The notes: generated by a model not told the origin, from the letters alone. DNA of 63,877 nucleotides, filler included, from Dugesia japonica (GCA_001938525.1; 6 parts of 6 records of this genome joined end to end with filler, not necessarily neighbours in it), one strand, 5' to 3'. Positions 26,311-40,529 are shown, counted from the first letter of the whole stretch. Numbers and translations: made by a program.

Positions 26311-28401
26311 ATTCGGACAATAAATTTGCTGCCAAGTAAGTAGTGATTAAAATGCTTGATTGAGAGAACTAATGCCAGACGTTCTCCATCGAATGTTGAA
26401 TATCTTCGTTCTATAGGATTTAACTTTCTTGAGAAAAATGATATAGGACATAAACAGCCGTCATTGTTTTAGTGGTTTAAACTACTACTGATTGCCGTGC
26501 CAGATGCATCGGTACATAAAAGATTTTTCATGTAGTCTGGTGTTGCCATATCAACAATCTTAGTACGTTTCTTTATAGAAATTCTAAATACTTCCTAATG
26601 ACTCGGTAATCATTGAATAGCTTGGTTTTTACTTGAGCCTCTAATGAGATCATGTAATGGAGACATTGTTTTGGATAAGTTTAGAATTATCCATTGATAA
26701 AAGGACATTGTTCCAATAAATATTCTTAACGCTTTGAATTTTTTTGGAACAGGCATATTGCTTTCAATGGCTTTCATCTTAGATTGTATTATCTTTATAA
26801 CTTTTGAAGAGATTGTAAAACCAAGAAATTCTACCTAGGATTTGTTGAACTGACATTTTTCTGTATTAATCTGCAGCTTATTCTTACGTAAAACTTTCTT
26901 TATTAGCTCTAGGTGATTCTGATGCTCGCCTGAGCTCTTCAAATGAATTAAAATGTCATCAATATATACTGATATAAATGCACGACAGTCTTGTAAACAT
27001 TTGCCCATGTTTGTGATGCACATTTCAATCCAAATGGCATACATTTGTGTGCAAATAATCCAAATGGTGTTATAATAGCCGTTTTATGTCAGTTCTCCTC
27101 ATTGATTGGGATTCAATGTCACGCTTTCTTAATATCTAAAGTGGAAAAAAATTAACAAAATGAATAACTCTGTTCAAATCTTTGCTCATTCTGGGTAATG
27201 TGTATCGGTCTGGTTTCGTGATTGCATTAAGCATCCAATAGTCACCAAAAGTTTCATCTTTCTTTTTGACAATTACAATTGGAGAAGCCTATTCACTATT
27301 ACTTGGTTGAATAATATCTGAGTGAGAACGTCATCGAATGTTTTCTTATTTGACTGAGAACAATTCGTCCTAATCTGGGAACTCTTTGCTTTACTGATGC
27401 TCCGAAAGTTTCTGTTCTTAGGCAAATTTGATTTTTTGTGTCCTAAAAATGTAATAGTTTTGACAACCTAACAATAATCTAAACTTTGTCAGGAAATCGG
27501 ATCGTAAGATTGGTCGGCGAATATCAACAACCGTGAATAATCATGTAAATGTTCCTGGAATGCTTGGAATAAATAATGTTAATTTTTTCTCACCAAAAAC
27601 ATCGATTTCTCCATTGTTAGCCGTAATTAATTAATTAACCAAGAATTCATATTTTAGCTTCTCTGACAAAACTGTAACTGTGAAGATTGCATTTATATAT
27701 TGCGAAGACTTTGTTTGTATTTGGATCTCAGCTGTCGGCTTTACTGAGATCCGTTTGCTTTTCCAGAATAACTTTTGGTAGACCAAGAGCAAGCTATTGT
27801 TTAACAGCATGTTTTCCAAATTTCTTTTATGATAAAAACAAAGTTCTCTTAAATTTTTTTTTCATTATTCTGATTCCTTCTTGTTTTAATAGAATTGAGA
27901 TCTTCTTGAGTTGCATTCTCTTCTTCATGGTTTTTGATAATATAGTTGAGAGAATGGGACTCTATTTCAAAATGACAATTGGCTAGCCTGGCTAACTCAT
28001 CCAGAGTTATAGTTTGGTATTGTACCAAATGATGTCGAATATTGATTGATATTGACTGAATAAATCTGTGTCTGAGAAGGTTTGGTGTTTCTGCATTTTC
28101 ACCAGGCTGTATAATTTTGTTGTAAAATTATTGTGTAAGCTCCAATAAAGTTTGAGATGAACGCTTATAAAATTCCATTTTTGAATTTGTAAGCCGATCG
28201 ATTGCCTGAGTTCGACATTTACGTTTTCGCTAATATGGCTTGGTTTAAATTTTCATAAGGATCATTGGCATGTGAATTTAAATCATAGGAAACTATTTCT
28301 AAAATATCTGGAGGCAAGCTAGTGATCAGGGGAAAATACTTTGTCTTGGAATGGCGAAGGTTGGAACCAATTGATCGGATTCGGAATAATTTGGTATTTT
28401 C
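26310..28401 (-). mobile_element. Ty3/Gypsy (CsRn1-like) gag-pol remnant
   Basis: gag KIPNYSE..WF..KTKYFPLITSLPPDI, RT YIDDILI, RNaseH FLCTDASGTAI. Confidence 0.85.
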
Positions 28402-28990
28402 NNNNNNNNNNNNNNNNNNNNNNNNNNNNNNNNNNNNNNNNNNNNNNNNNNNNNNNNNNNNNNNNNNNNNNNNNNNNNNNNNNNNNNNNNNNNNNNNNNN
28501 NNNNNNNNNNNNNNNNNNNNNNNNNNNNNNNNNNNNNNNNNNNNNNNNNNNNNNNNNNNNNNNNNNNNNNNNNNNNNNNNNNNNNNNNNNNNNNNTTTCA
28601 AATATTCAAAGGTCAATATAGAAATATTATACAATTATTAGTCATATATCACATTTGGATAATTATTTGAATTATTTGTAATTCTTTCATATAGTTCAAA
28701 AAATGAAATTAAATCATTTGGAATATTTTTATTTCTCCCCAATTAACTTTCGTTTTAATTTAAGTCGATTATATTGGTTGTGAATTATTCTTATTTGTTT
28801 CCCATTGCTGGTTATAAACTATTTTTGTAATTTTCAGGTAGTTAAGTTACCTTTGCATTATTACTACATTTAAATTATTACTTTGGCTAGGTTCGGTCTC
28901 AACATTATTATTATTATTATTATTATTANNNNNATTATTATTATTATTATTATTATTAAAATAATTTTTATTTAAACCAAAATTATTCAG

Positions 28991-29560
28991 AATTGTGCTA
29001 GAATTGGTAGTTATTCGAAATGTCCATCTGCTTGCACGATAATAAAATACAACAAACATAACAAAAACAAAGAAAAAATCAATCCTAACAGTTTTCAATT
29101 AATTTTGGTGAAGAGCGATAATGTGCATATTGCTACTGAAGAACAAATTTACACGTTGACCAAACTATTTAGTGAAATTGGAGGGCTGTGTTCCTTGTTT
29201 ATAGGGTTCAGTTGCATATTTATTTTTGAGTTATTTGAAGCAGTTATTTTATGGCACAGTGGTATCGTTACTGAATGTATTAATTCTCAAATTCATACAG
29301 AAAAAACTAATATTTCTCGATATTCATTTCGACGTATTGAAATTAATCAATCAAGTGAACATTCTTCATCATCGAATAATTATAAAACGACGAATAGCAA
29401 TAAAGATATTCAATTATTCAGTTCGATTTCTATCAATGTTGAGGAACAGCCAATCAATACATCATTTCCATTTGCTCTCGGAGAGAACGATAATGATAAA
29501 GAAACTGTAATGATATTTTTATTAAAAACTAAAAATGGTGAATTAATTTTTTTGGGTTAA
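28991..29560 (+). CDS. DEG/ENaC (ASIC-like) amiloride-sensitive channel, terminal exon
   Basis: After acceptor TTATTCAG (28990): NCARIGSYSKCPSACTIIKY...EEQIYTLTKLFSEIGGLCSLFIGFSCIFIFELFE, i.e. the thumb CPxxC plus the TM2 signature. Upstream exons not resolved. Confidence 0.9.
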   Translation, partial: NCARIGSYSKCPSACTIIKYNKHNKNKEKINPNSFQLILVKSDNVHIATEEQIYTLTKLFSEIGGLCSLFIGFSCIFIFELFEAVILWHSGIVTECINSQIHTEKTNISRYSFRRIEINQSSEHSSSSNNYKTTNSNKDIQLFSSISINVEEQPINTSFPFALGENDNDKETVMIFLLKTKNGELIFLG

Positions 29561-29918
29561 ATAAATTTATTTATTAATACTATAGATTTGGATAAAGCTA
29601 AGTTTGTGAATGCTATTAAAGATGGAAGAGCAAGATTAAAGATTGATTAAGTAAAAATTAAATGAACAACTCGTCAACAATCACTGTTTGCATCCTGATA
29701 AAAAAAATGCCCAATAAAATTAATTTTCGTGTTTTTTTTAATAACTTTTAGAATTATTAAAAATTAAAATAAATATTTAAAATAGAAAATATAATAATAA
29801 AACTATATATAACTTATTTAATTTATAATTTCATTTGATTATTATTATTGATTATCATTATTATTATTNNNNNNNNNNNNNNNNNNNNNNNNNNNNNNNN
29901 NNNNNNNNNNNNNNNNNN

Positions 29919-29983
<65 letters not shown>

Positions 29984-30762
29984 TTAATAATTGTTATGTC
30001 GTTAATTTTAGAAAAATAATTACGCTGTTGTTATTGACTACACCATAATTATTTGTAGAAATAAAGAAATTTGTAGTGTTATGTAATGGCTTATAAATTA
30101 AAATTAAATCACAGTCAAATGGGATTTAGAGTTCTATAAGGCTATTAATTCCATTCATTTCATTACAGTAATTAGACCATAATTAGTTACCTATGGTTAC
30201 AATTCCAAGGAAATCAAAATTTGAGTTAAATTTTAGGAAAGTATTATAATAAATAAATATTATAAAATTAGCCAACATTTTCCATTATTCAAGAAAATCC
30301 TAGGTTTTTCTTATTGAACAGACTAGTCAAAATAATTATTTAAAGTACTGTTCAATTGTAAACTACGTTTTAATTTCGTCACAGACTTCCTCATAAATGC
30401 GCCATAGTTGTTTTTCTTTCCAATTTTCTTTTCTATTTTACTAAATACATTGAAATTAAAATATTTCTAAAGAGACAATTAAATATGTTCATTTGTGAAA
30501 TAATCAAAGTTGTAAATTAGTTATTTGGTTTGATTTGTATTTTGAAATTGTAAAAATATATGAGGTCAGTCTGCTTGGACTGTCAACAGAAAATGAGCTA
30601 TATATTAATACATTCGAGGTTTTGTTACATCAAAATCAAAAAAATAATACGGTAATTCTTTAATTGCTGAAAGTTCTAAAGATGAGTTAATGTATTACTT
30701 AAAAATCTAATACTTTCGTTATTTTAAATGAAATACTAGATAAGCAATATGTTGGGGGGGGG

Positions 30763-30869
30763 AGTTACGTTACTTTCAAAATCAGACTTTATTTAAATAC
30801 AATGTGTTTATTAAAAATCAAAATTGCAATTTCTAATAATATTTAAACAAAATGTTAATCACTGTAACT
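30763..30869 (-). repeat. Short (107 bp) 3' LTR with AGTTAC...GTAACT termini
   Basis: Follows PPT AAGAAGGGGAG directly downstream of the integrase. 6-bp inverted termini and internal AATAAA. Confidence 0.6.
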
Positions 30870-32365
30870 CTCCCCTTCTTCAAAATACTTTCCTTTTCTT
30901 TAACCATTCTATTCTTCCGTACTTTGAACAGTGAGGAAATTAGATTTCTACTTGCATATCTGATATGGTAATTTATATTAGAAATTATTCTTCCTTCTTT
31001 TGTGTGGTTCTACACGCACTATCACCCACTCCTCACTTTGAAAATTCTTTGTCCACGTTTTTCATTTTTATAATTTGCCATTTTATTAGCTGTTCCATTT
31101 TAGTTTTGTCTAATTGTCTCTAGATTAACTGTTTTGTTTTTACAAATGGTTTCCGTCTTTGCATACAAATTTACCCGCCTTCCAAAAATAATCTCAAATG
31201 GTGACAATTTTAACAACTGTTGAACAGTAGCGTTTATATTGAACTCATTTCTAGGAAGTAATGCATCCTCGCTTTTCTCGCTACAATTTCCTTTAAGTGA
31301 AGTTGCAATCATATCACTTATCGTCCAAATCATACTTTCTACCAGGCCGTTCAATTGGTGTTGGTACGGAGAGCGGATCTCTTGTTTAATATTAAATTTT
31401 GCTAACTTCTCTGACATGTATTTATTCTCAAACATACTTCCTCTTCGGTTAATATGCCTTTTGGTTTGCCGAAACGTTATATTCATTTGTTCAAAATATT
31501 CCTAAAATTGTTTCTTCATCTATCCTTAATACCACTGATATACTTACTAGTTTGCTAAACCGATCAATAATTACCGATATATACTTTTTTCCTGATACCA
31601 TATGTGTAATATCTAGGTAACATCAGTTCTTTCGTTCTTCCTTGATCAATTTTCCTTTTCGCACAAATCACGCATTCAATCAAATTATTTTTAATAGTCT
31701 CCATCATTGCAGGTCAATAATAATAACAATTCTCTAAATATGAAAATATCTTCTTTACTCCTAAATGACAATTCTTCATGAGTATGTCTGATCATTTCGT
31801 TGGTTATACTCGTTGGTACGATTATGGAATTTTTATTTTCTTTTCCTACAACTAATAATCCATCATCAATTTTCAATTCGCCATCAAGTTTATCCAAAGA
31901 CTATCCCTGAATGACTTTTTTCCTAGTCGTACTTCGTTTTGCATTATTTCAATTCTTCTTTGTAATTATTGGATCATCTTTCTGTACTTTCGAAATTTTT
32001 TCTATGATGTTTTCGTTCTGTTTTATGATGTTAATATANNNNNNNNNNNNNNNNNNNNNNNNNNNNNNNNNNNNNNNNNNNNNNNNNNATTGTGAGCATA
32101 AACTTTTATTTATCCACGATAATCCATCAGCATTGTTGTGTTCTCCCCCTTTTCAATATTTTAGCTCAAAATCATATTCTTCTAGATTCGTGTTATTCAT
32201 AAATAACAGTGCTTTGTAATCTGTTCTTGCTAAGAATATATTTCCATATAGATATTGCTTGAAATGTATCACATATTCATATCACGCCAGAAATTATTTT
32301 CTTGTAACGCTTTAACCCTTTTCATGAGCAGTGAGATGTTTTTATTCAAATGATATCACCACTAC
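30870..32365 (-). mobile_element. Ty3/Gypsy RNaseH-integrase remnant
   Basis: HNNADGLS, IIVP..HEEL, SPYQHQLNGLVESM, SPFEIIFGR. Confidence 0.85.
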
Positions 32366-32369
32366 GGCA

Positions 32370-33075
32370 TGTGATACCGGGATACCGGAAGATTTTTGAA
32401 TACCGAATACCAGCATTAAAAACATTCAAATATCGGTATTCGGCATTATTACCTAATAAAATTTCATTATCTTTTTTTAAGTTTACCATATTTTTCAATA
32501 AATGCTAGATTTTATTTATAAACGCGACATACCTACCTGAATGATTGGTGTTTAGAATGTACTTATATTATAACTCTAATACACATAAAAATATTTTCAA
32601 AGCATACTTTCAAATATATGTATACTAATTATCCAAGTTTTTATTCTATAATATTCAAACATTTGTCTATAGCTCATGGTATACATCTGGCAATAACTGA
32701 TGTGTTCTATAAATTTACAAAGCCAAATGATTATAATTATAGTGAGAATATTGATAGTATAGATAATGTTGAAGAAACAACTGACAATGATGCCCAATAT
32801 GATGAAGAATCTATTAAAAATTGTAATGCTGAGTTGATACAAAATTAATACAACAGGAAATAGTTTATCAATTTGTGATGACATTGCAGAACTTGTGCAA
32901 AAAATTAGAAGTGTCAAAATTTTCCTAAAATTACGTCAGAAAGAGGACATTTTGATTAAACATGTCTCAGAGGGCAAGAAAAAAGAATTAAAATTGATTC
33001 TAGACATAAAGACAAGATGGGATATTTTCTTATAGTGTTGGAAAGATTTTATGACATCAAAAACTGTGTACTCAA
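32370..33075 (+). mobile_element. hAT transposon remnant (internally deleted)
   Basis: Subterminal ATACCG/CGGTAT repeats, AHGIHLAITDVFY and LILDIKTRW. Same family as 46550-47340. Confidence 0.8.
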
Positions 33076-33144
33076 ATTTCATTAAAATAAGATAAGGCTT
33101 CGATCAAAACAAAACAAAATTTATTTGTAAAAAAAAGTTCAAAT

Positions 33145-33244
33145 NNNNNNNNNNNNNNNNNNNNNNNNNNNNNNNNNNNNNNNNNNNNTTAATTAATTAA
33201 NNNNNNNNNNNNNNNNNNNNNNNNNNNNNNNNNNNNNNNNNNNN
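33145..33244. other. Artificial scaffold linker
   Basis: TTAATTAATTAA at 33189-33200 within Ns. Confidence 0.97.
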
Positions 33245-33896
33245 TTAATAGCAACGTGTTTCGACAATATAAATGTCAGTTTCAGGCAAACTGTTTAAAA
33301 ATATGAATAGAGTGTATATACTTGAGTTCCGCATTTTTCAATCGATTATGTAATAGTCTCAAAAAAATTTCAATTAATTAAAGATATTCAATAAAGATTT
33401 AGAAAGACCTCTTTGAACATAAATTTTTTGATCATATGATTTAATCATCAATGCTTCTAATCATTCAATGAGTCTAATTAATGTAATATCATATACATTG
33501 GAGAGACTTTCTCTCATATCTGTAAAAGAATTCAGGATCAAAGTCGATAAGGTAATCGCAGTAATATTGCAGAACATAATATTCTATGTAAATCAGTTAT
33601 AAATATTATTAATTTCAAAATTCTGTGCCGAAATTTTAAAGATTATTGGGAAAGAATCATGTGCAAAACATTGATGATTAAATCATATGATCTAAAAATT
33701 AATGTTGAATATATTTAATTAATTTAAATTTTATTCAGACTGTTACATAAAATATTGTAAAACTCGGAATTTTGTTAAATAAACTCAATTTATAGTTTAA
33801 AACAGTTTTCCTGAAGATTACAGATACACTATCGAAACGTGTTGCTACTTATAAATATTGGTTTAAATGGCGTGTTTCTGTATTTATCAATAAATG
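33245..33896. mobile_element. Non-coding Penelope-derived fold-back element with degenerate minimal hammerheads at both ends
   Basis: Inverted arms (e.g. TCATATGATTTAATCATCAATG at about 33430 vs about 33670). CTGAAGAT...CGAAACGTGTT at 33811-33843 (+) and CTGAAACTGACA...TGTCGAAACACGTT at 33253-33285 (-). Downstream TAAATGGCGT is shared with the Penelope pLTR. Confidence 0.6.
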
Positions 33897-36414
33897 NNNN
33901 NNNNNNNNNNNNNNNNNNNNNNNNNNNNNNNNNNNNNNNNNNNNNNNNNNNNNNNNNNNNNNNNNNNNNNNNNNNNNNNNNNNNNNNNNNNNNNNNNNNN
34001 NNNNNNNNNNNNNNNNNNNNNNNNNNNNNNNNNNNNNNNNNNNNNNNNNNNNNNNNNNNNNNNNNNNNNNNNNNNNNNNNNNNNAATATACCGTAAAAAT
34101 AAACAAAGGAACTATTTTATGCTTGTATTCACTGCAAAACTGCATTGAATTTTCAAGTTCATTTTATTTTTGTTTAATTTATTTCAACTTAAACTAGAAA
34201 ACAAAATTGTTTAAATGTTTGTTATTAAACTATTTAACATCATTTATAATAATTTTAATTAATTTCAATAATTTTGAATATTTTGATAAATTTTTAAAAG
34301 GTATATTTAAAATATTTATAACAGTTTTTTCTAAAGAAATTTTTATCAAACAATATTTTAAATTTCAAAATATTTTTATAAATTTTTAATAAAAGAAGAC
34401 ATTAAATTTTCAGACTAATTTTTAAGAATCAATTNAGATATTTATTAAAAAAAATTTATGGAAAGTAATATATTTATATTTATATTTATATTTATATTTA
34501 TATTTATATATGTGAAAATAAAAAATTAACAAAGATAAACTATTGATGACCTCTCTTCAAATACAAATTAAGATAAAAGAAAATTGCGAATTCTTTAATA
34601 TGAGACCATGCAAAATAAAGAATTTTTAAAAAAAAACATTTGTCACTGTTCATCGGCCGACAAGTGTTCCGTTGAATTTATATTTGGGTAAATTAATTAC
34701 GATATCGTTCTGATAGTTATTGTGAGGAAAATTAATAATTAAGAAATTTTTTTATTGTTTTAATTGTTATGTAAGTAGCAGAATTTAGTAAGAGGAAAAT
34801 TAAAATTAATAAAATTTTATTTTATTCCACAACTATTATTTAAGAATTTATTATTTTGAAAATTATTTTAATTTTATTGTAATTTGTAATTTTTATAAAC
34901 AATTTCCATTTAATAAATTGTAATTTGAAAAATTATAAATTGTCAAATCTGTTGGAAATCAGTTTTTGTAAATTATTTAATAATTGTTGTGTAATAAATA
35001 TTGAAAATGATTCGTTATTATGATTAATATGAATTTAGATAATTCCGAGATATGTGTGCCTCACAGTTATATTTATAAATTTTTTAGTAAAAAGAGAATT
35101 ATATAATTAAATAATTACAATTATCAATAATAATAGGAAACACTTAATATTTATTAACTATATTTGTTTATAATAAAATTGAAATTAAAATAAATATTAA
35201 ATTAATACTTTATCATCAAATATAATTTATCACTATTATTTTCTAATGTAAATAAAAATTAATTGATTATGGAAATTTATCTGTAAAATTATTTAGATAA
35301 TAAAATTCATTTTTATGTCATATAAATACTCATAAAATTAAAATTGACCACAAAATTGTCAAAGTTTGTTGTCAAGGGACACAATACGTGACTGTTTTGT
35401 TCAAATTATCAATTTTAATAAGGAATTTATTTGTAGATTTTTCAAAGACATTTTGTTATTTTATTCGTTATTTTTCTGCCAATTTAATAATGAAAAATCT
35501 TTTAAATATATTTTTATTATTAAAATTTCAAATGATATCCAAATTAACTTGAGCAAAGAAAATGAATTCATACAAATAATTAAATCAATATTGTTACAAT
35601 TATTACGAGAGTAATTATTGGACTTAAAGATTGATCGTATTTGAGATTTTATTGAATTAAATACTTCGATCAAAATATTGTTTTGTTTCCTTTTATTTCA
35701 TTATTTTATTTATTCGAATAACTAACAAAAAAGAAACAAAACCAAACTTTTTGATCGAAGTTTTTAATTTAATTAAATCAATATAATATTTAATTTTATT
35801 AGATTAACTATTAATTGAATTTTTTGATTAGATATTTCCAAAAATAATGTTCTAAGATTTGCCAATCAGAGCCGTTCCAAGGAGGGTCCAGCACGTTTTT
35901 TGGAACCCGGCCTCACATTTATTGAGGTCCCGCTCGCGGGACTTTTAATAATTAAAAAGTAATCTATGGTTACAGATGAGCCAAAAACGATTCATTTATT
36001 TATTAATAAATTTATTATTAAAATAGAAGGTATTTTTTATCGAAGATTTTTCTGAAAATTTAATTTAATTTAAAATTTTTTTATATATTGTATTATATAA
36101 ATATTATTTGGAATAAAAATATCTTTTAAATTATAGTAGTAATATTTTTTGAAATATTTATGGTAAGAAAAATATTACCGTTTTTTTTAAATAATGAAAA
36201 ATTATTTGAAAAATTATTTTCAAAGCTTATTAGAAAATATCGTATGTATATTTTTTTTTTAAAAAAATCAATATTTTTAAATATAAATTTTATATTCTCA
36301 AATATGGATTATTTGTTTAAATATAATGAATTATTCTTATATCTTTCTAACTTAAATGAAAAAATTGACATAGTGAATACAAATTATTAATAATTGTGAA
36401 GTTCTCAATTTAAC

Positions 36415-36480
<66 letters not shown>

Positions 36481-36739
36481 NNNNNNNNNNNNNNNNNNNN
36501 NNNNNNNNNNNNNNNNNNNNNNNNNNNNNNNNNNNNNNNNNNNNNNNNNNNNNNNNNNNNNNNNNNNNNNNNNNNNNNNNNNNNNNNNNNNNNNNNNNNN
36601 NNNNNNNNNNNNNNNNNNNNNNNNNNNNNNNNNNNNNNNNNNNNNNNNNNNNNNNNNNNNNNNNNNNNNNNNNNNNNNNNNNNNNNNNNNNNNNNNNNNN
36701 NNNNNNNNNNNNNNNNNNNNNNNNNAAAATAAAACTTTA

Positions 36740-36780
36740 TTGTTATATATTTCGACGGATTAACCGTCATCATCAAACAA
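36740..36780 (-). ncRNA. Minimal hammerhead ribozyme in Penelope pLTR (C3U variant)
   Basis: TTGT-TTGATGA-T-GACGG ttaat CCGTC-GAAA-TATA-TA-ACAA: stem I TTGT/ACAA, 5-bp stem II, palindromic stem III. Confidence 0.7.
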
Positions 36781-39700
36781 AAATGAAATAAATGAGTTTT
36801 TTCAGTTTGTATTATTCAAACAAAGATTAATGCTATTATACTGAATATAAGACAACTATAATTCTTAATTTTTTTTTAATAAAATTCTTAATTTTTAAAA
36901 TTTTTTTTACAACTTTTCAATAAAAAATTAATTTATATAATAATATTTTATTACTGTTACCTATAAAATCAAAGATGTTTTTNNNNNNNNNNNNNNNNNN
37001 NNNNNNNNNNNNNNNNNNNNNNNNNNNNNNNNTAATAATATTTTATTACTGTTACCTATAAAATCAAAGATGTTTTTTCAAAATATATAATTGTTTTTTT
37101 AATTTTGGATTATATTATAATTTTTTAAAACCTATGATAATTGAAATTTATTTCAAAAAATAAAATAGAAAACCTATGAAGTAATAAAATTTTTAAAATT
37201 TACTTTAAAATATAAAATTCAATACTTATTAAAGAAATTTTGAAAATAAATTAAGATTTCAATAAAAATTGAAAAATTACTTCATATCCAAAAGATTTTT
37301 AAATTTTTTTTAATTAACTTAGTCGAATGAGCTGCCTGTACATTAATGATTAGATAATGAAATCTAATCATTAACGCCTCATACAACACTCTCTTTCAGT
37401 AATTCTTAAATTGCTTAGACAAAATTTTAAAATTTGAAATTTCAACATTCGCATTGCAATTACTTTTATNNNNNNNNNNNNNNNNNNNNNNNNNNNNNNN
37501 NNNNNNNNNNNNNNNNNNNNNNNNNNNNNNNNNNNNNNNNNNNNNNNNNNNNNNNNNNNNNNNNNNNNNNNNNNNNNNNNNNNNNNNNNNNNNACAAACC
37601 AATTGGTGTATGGGATTTATTAACAAAGCTATTAACAATCTTATGAGAAGTAGAGACAATTTTCAATGAAAGGGGATTCTTAGCAGCTTTCAGAATCGAA
37701 TTCTTAAACTTTTTAAGATCTTCAGAATAAGGAATCGATAAAACAAATGGCCCAATACAATTTGATAAAATATATTCAGGTTCTGAATTATTCAATACAA
37801 TTTTAATTTAAATATATAACAATAAAGGTTTATTTTAAATGGCGTTACTTATTTCTTATTCAACATTTGCTATCGTTTTTTGCATATTTATCAAACAATT
37901 TTCCACCTGCAATGAAGATATTTAGAAGATATTCAAAACTGATTTGTAGCTTGCGCCTAAAAGAAATTTATATATCCTTCTTACAGACATGCAGTGATGA
38001 TCATATCATTCCAGGATTTATAGTGAAATCTAAACTTCCGGAAGATTTGTTAAGTGAATATCGGAGATTGATTCATGGAAAGATGCTAAGAAGAACAATA
38101 GAGTTGAAAAAAAGAAGACGGAATGATATTGTCAAGAATTTGATAATAGTGAGATCAGCTCTGTATAAAGTAAGCAATGATTTTTGCTTTTATATGTGTA
38201 TTAAGATGGCTATTTTCTTGTCTAATAATTTATTCATAATAAAATTGCATCACAGAATAAAAAAAATTTAAATCTTAGGAAATTATTTGGTATTTATAAG
38301 TTTGATGCTAAAAATACTGTTTTAAATTCAAACAATATTAATTTAAATGATGATGAACTCAATTTATTACACTTTGAACCAAAACATATCATTAAAAGAA
38401 AGTTTGATAAATTAAAAATCCAGTCTAGTATTGCATCGTTTTATGGATATTATTTGAATAGGTCTAATTATTTGAATGAAAAATAAGATTTTATCATTTT
38501 AAAAAATGAGTTAAATAAAACTACCCTGAGTATAGAAATAAGAATTTGAAACAGGATGTTAGTGATTTTAAAGTGTTGAAGAATATTGTTAATAAAGGGG
38601 TTATTGTTTGTAAATTTGACAAAGGTAATGGCTTAGTGGTTTTAAATGATTTTGATTACTTGGCCAAGATGGAGGCTGTTTTAAATGATCCACAGTTTTT
38701 AAAGATCGACAAAATGCGGAAAAATGGAAAATTACCACCAATGAAAGATGAGGAATATTTAAATAAATTGAATTATAATCTAGTCTCAAATGGACATATT
38801 TCTAAAGAACTGGCTAAAAATCTACATTCTAAAGGATCGCAACCAGGTAAACTACATGGTTTACGTAAAGTTCATAAAAATGGAGTTCCTATGCGACCAG
38901 TTTTATCTATGGTTTGTACAGCTCAGTATAAGATTGCGAAATATTTGGATTCTAAATTGAAACCATTAATGAATTCTAATTTTGAGTGTAATGAAAGTTT
39001 TGAGTTTGTTAATTTTATCTCAAATTCTGTTGTAAGTAATAATGATGAGTTTATGGTGTCTTTTAATGTTTTTAGCTTATTCAGTAATGTTCCTTTAATG
39101 GAAACAAACGATCTTAGTTATGATCTATGAAAGAATAATGTGAACGATCATTCTAAATTGAATATAGCTGCTTTTCGTGAATTGTTGACTTTGCAATAGC
39201 TAATGTTTCCTTTTTGTTTAGCAATGAATGGTATAAACATAGTGATGGAGTAGCTATGGGTTCTCCTTTGGATTCGACATTACCGTCAATTTTCTTGAAT
39301 AAGCTTGAAGAACGAATGGATTTGTATTCTTTGAATGAGCCTCTTACTTACAAAAGATATGTTGACGATGTTTTCCTTATTTTTGGTAATCGTGAACATG
39401 TTTTGCCTTTCCAGAGTTTTATGAATTCATTACATTCTAAAATTAGATTTACTGTAGAGGAGAAAAGAAATGGTATTTTGCCTTTTTTGGATATATTAAA
39501 TCAACATATTATGAGACTGAAATATACTGAAAGAAAAGTGATACTGGCGTGTATGTTACCCTAAATAGTTTTAGTGATCCTGCTTATAAAAAGAACATGA
39601 TAAAGGGTTTACTATTTAGTTCTTGGCCGTTGTCCTCAACTTATTCAAAATCCATTAAAAGCATTGAACATTTATTAAAGTTACTGCAAGCAAATGGATA

Positions 39701-40529
39701 TAATAAATAATTTCTAAATTCATAAACTTCGCAGACAATTGGCAAAATATTGGTTGGTAATAATATGAATTTCGATAAAAAGACTGAAACTGTATTGAAT
39801 AATTCAGAACCTGATAACATTTTATCATATTGTATTGGGCCATTTGTTTTATCGATTCCTTATTCTGAAGTTTTTAAAAAGTTTAAGAATTCGATTTTAA
39901 AAGCTGCTAAGGATCCCACAACATTGAAAATTGTCTCTACTTCTTATAAGATTGTTAATAGCTTTGTTAATAAATCCCATACACCAATTGGTTTGTGTTT
40001 TAACCTTGTTTATCAATTTAAATGTAATGNNNNNNNNNNNNNNNNNNNNNNNNNNNNNNNNNNNNNNNNNNNNNNNNNNNNNNNNNNNNNNNNNNNNNNN
40101 NNNNNNNNNNNNNATATTGCTGAGCATAAAAATAAAAATAAAAGTAATTGCAATGCGAATGTTGAAATTTCAAATTTTAAAATTTTGTCTAAGAAATTTA
40201 AGAATTACTGAGAGAGAGTGTTTTATGAGGCGTTAATGATTAGATTTCATAATCTAATCATTAATGTACAGGCAGCTCATTCGACTAAGTTAATTAAAAA
40301 ANNNNNAAAAATCTTTTGGATATGAAGTAATTTTTCAATTTTTATTGAAATCTTAATTTATTTTCAAAATTTCTTTAATAAGTATTGAATTTTATTTTTT
40401 AAAGTAATTTTTAAAAATTTAATGTTCAAAAATTTTAAAAATTAAGAATTATAGTTGTCTTATATTCAGTTGAATAGCATTAATCTTTGTTTGAATAATA
40501 CAAACTGAATAAACTCATTTATTTCAATT

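Noticed and set aside
35868-35945. GC-rich CAGAGCCG... island resembling a hAT/MITE end
   Set aside because: No matching opposite terminus or TSD found.
36414-36776. Poly-Leu/Ile/Asn/Tyr and X-rich ORFs in the ORF track (also 29848, 44435, 57392, 57426)
   Set aside because: Translations of (AAT)n microsatellites and N gaps.
36938-37078. About 45-bp direct repeat flanking a 50-N gap
   Set aside because: Typical unmerged contig overlap.
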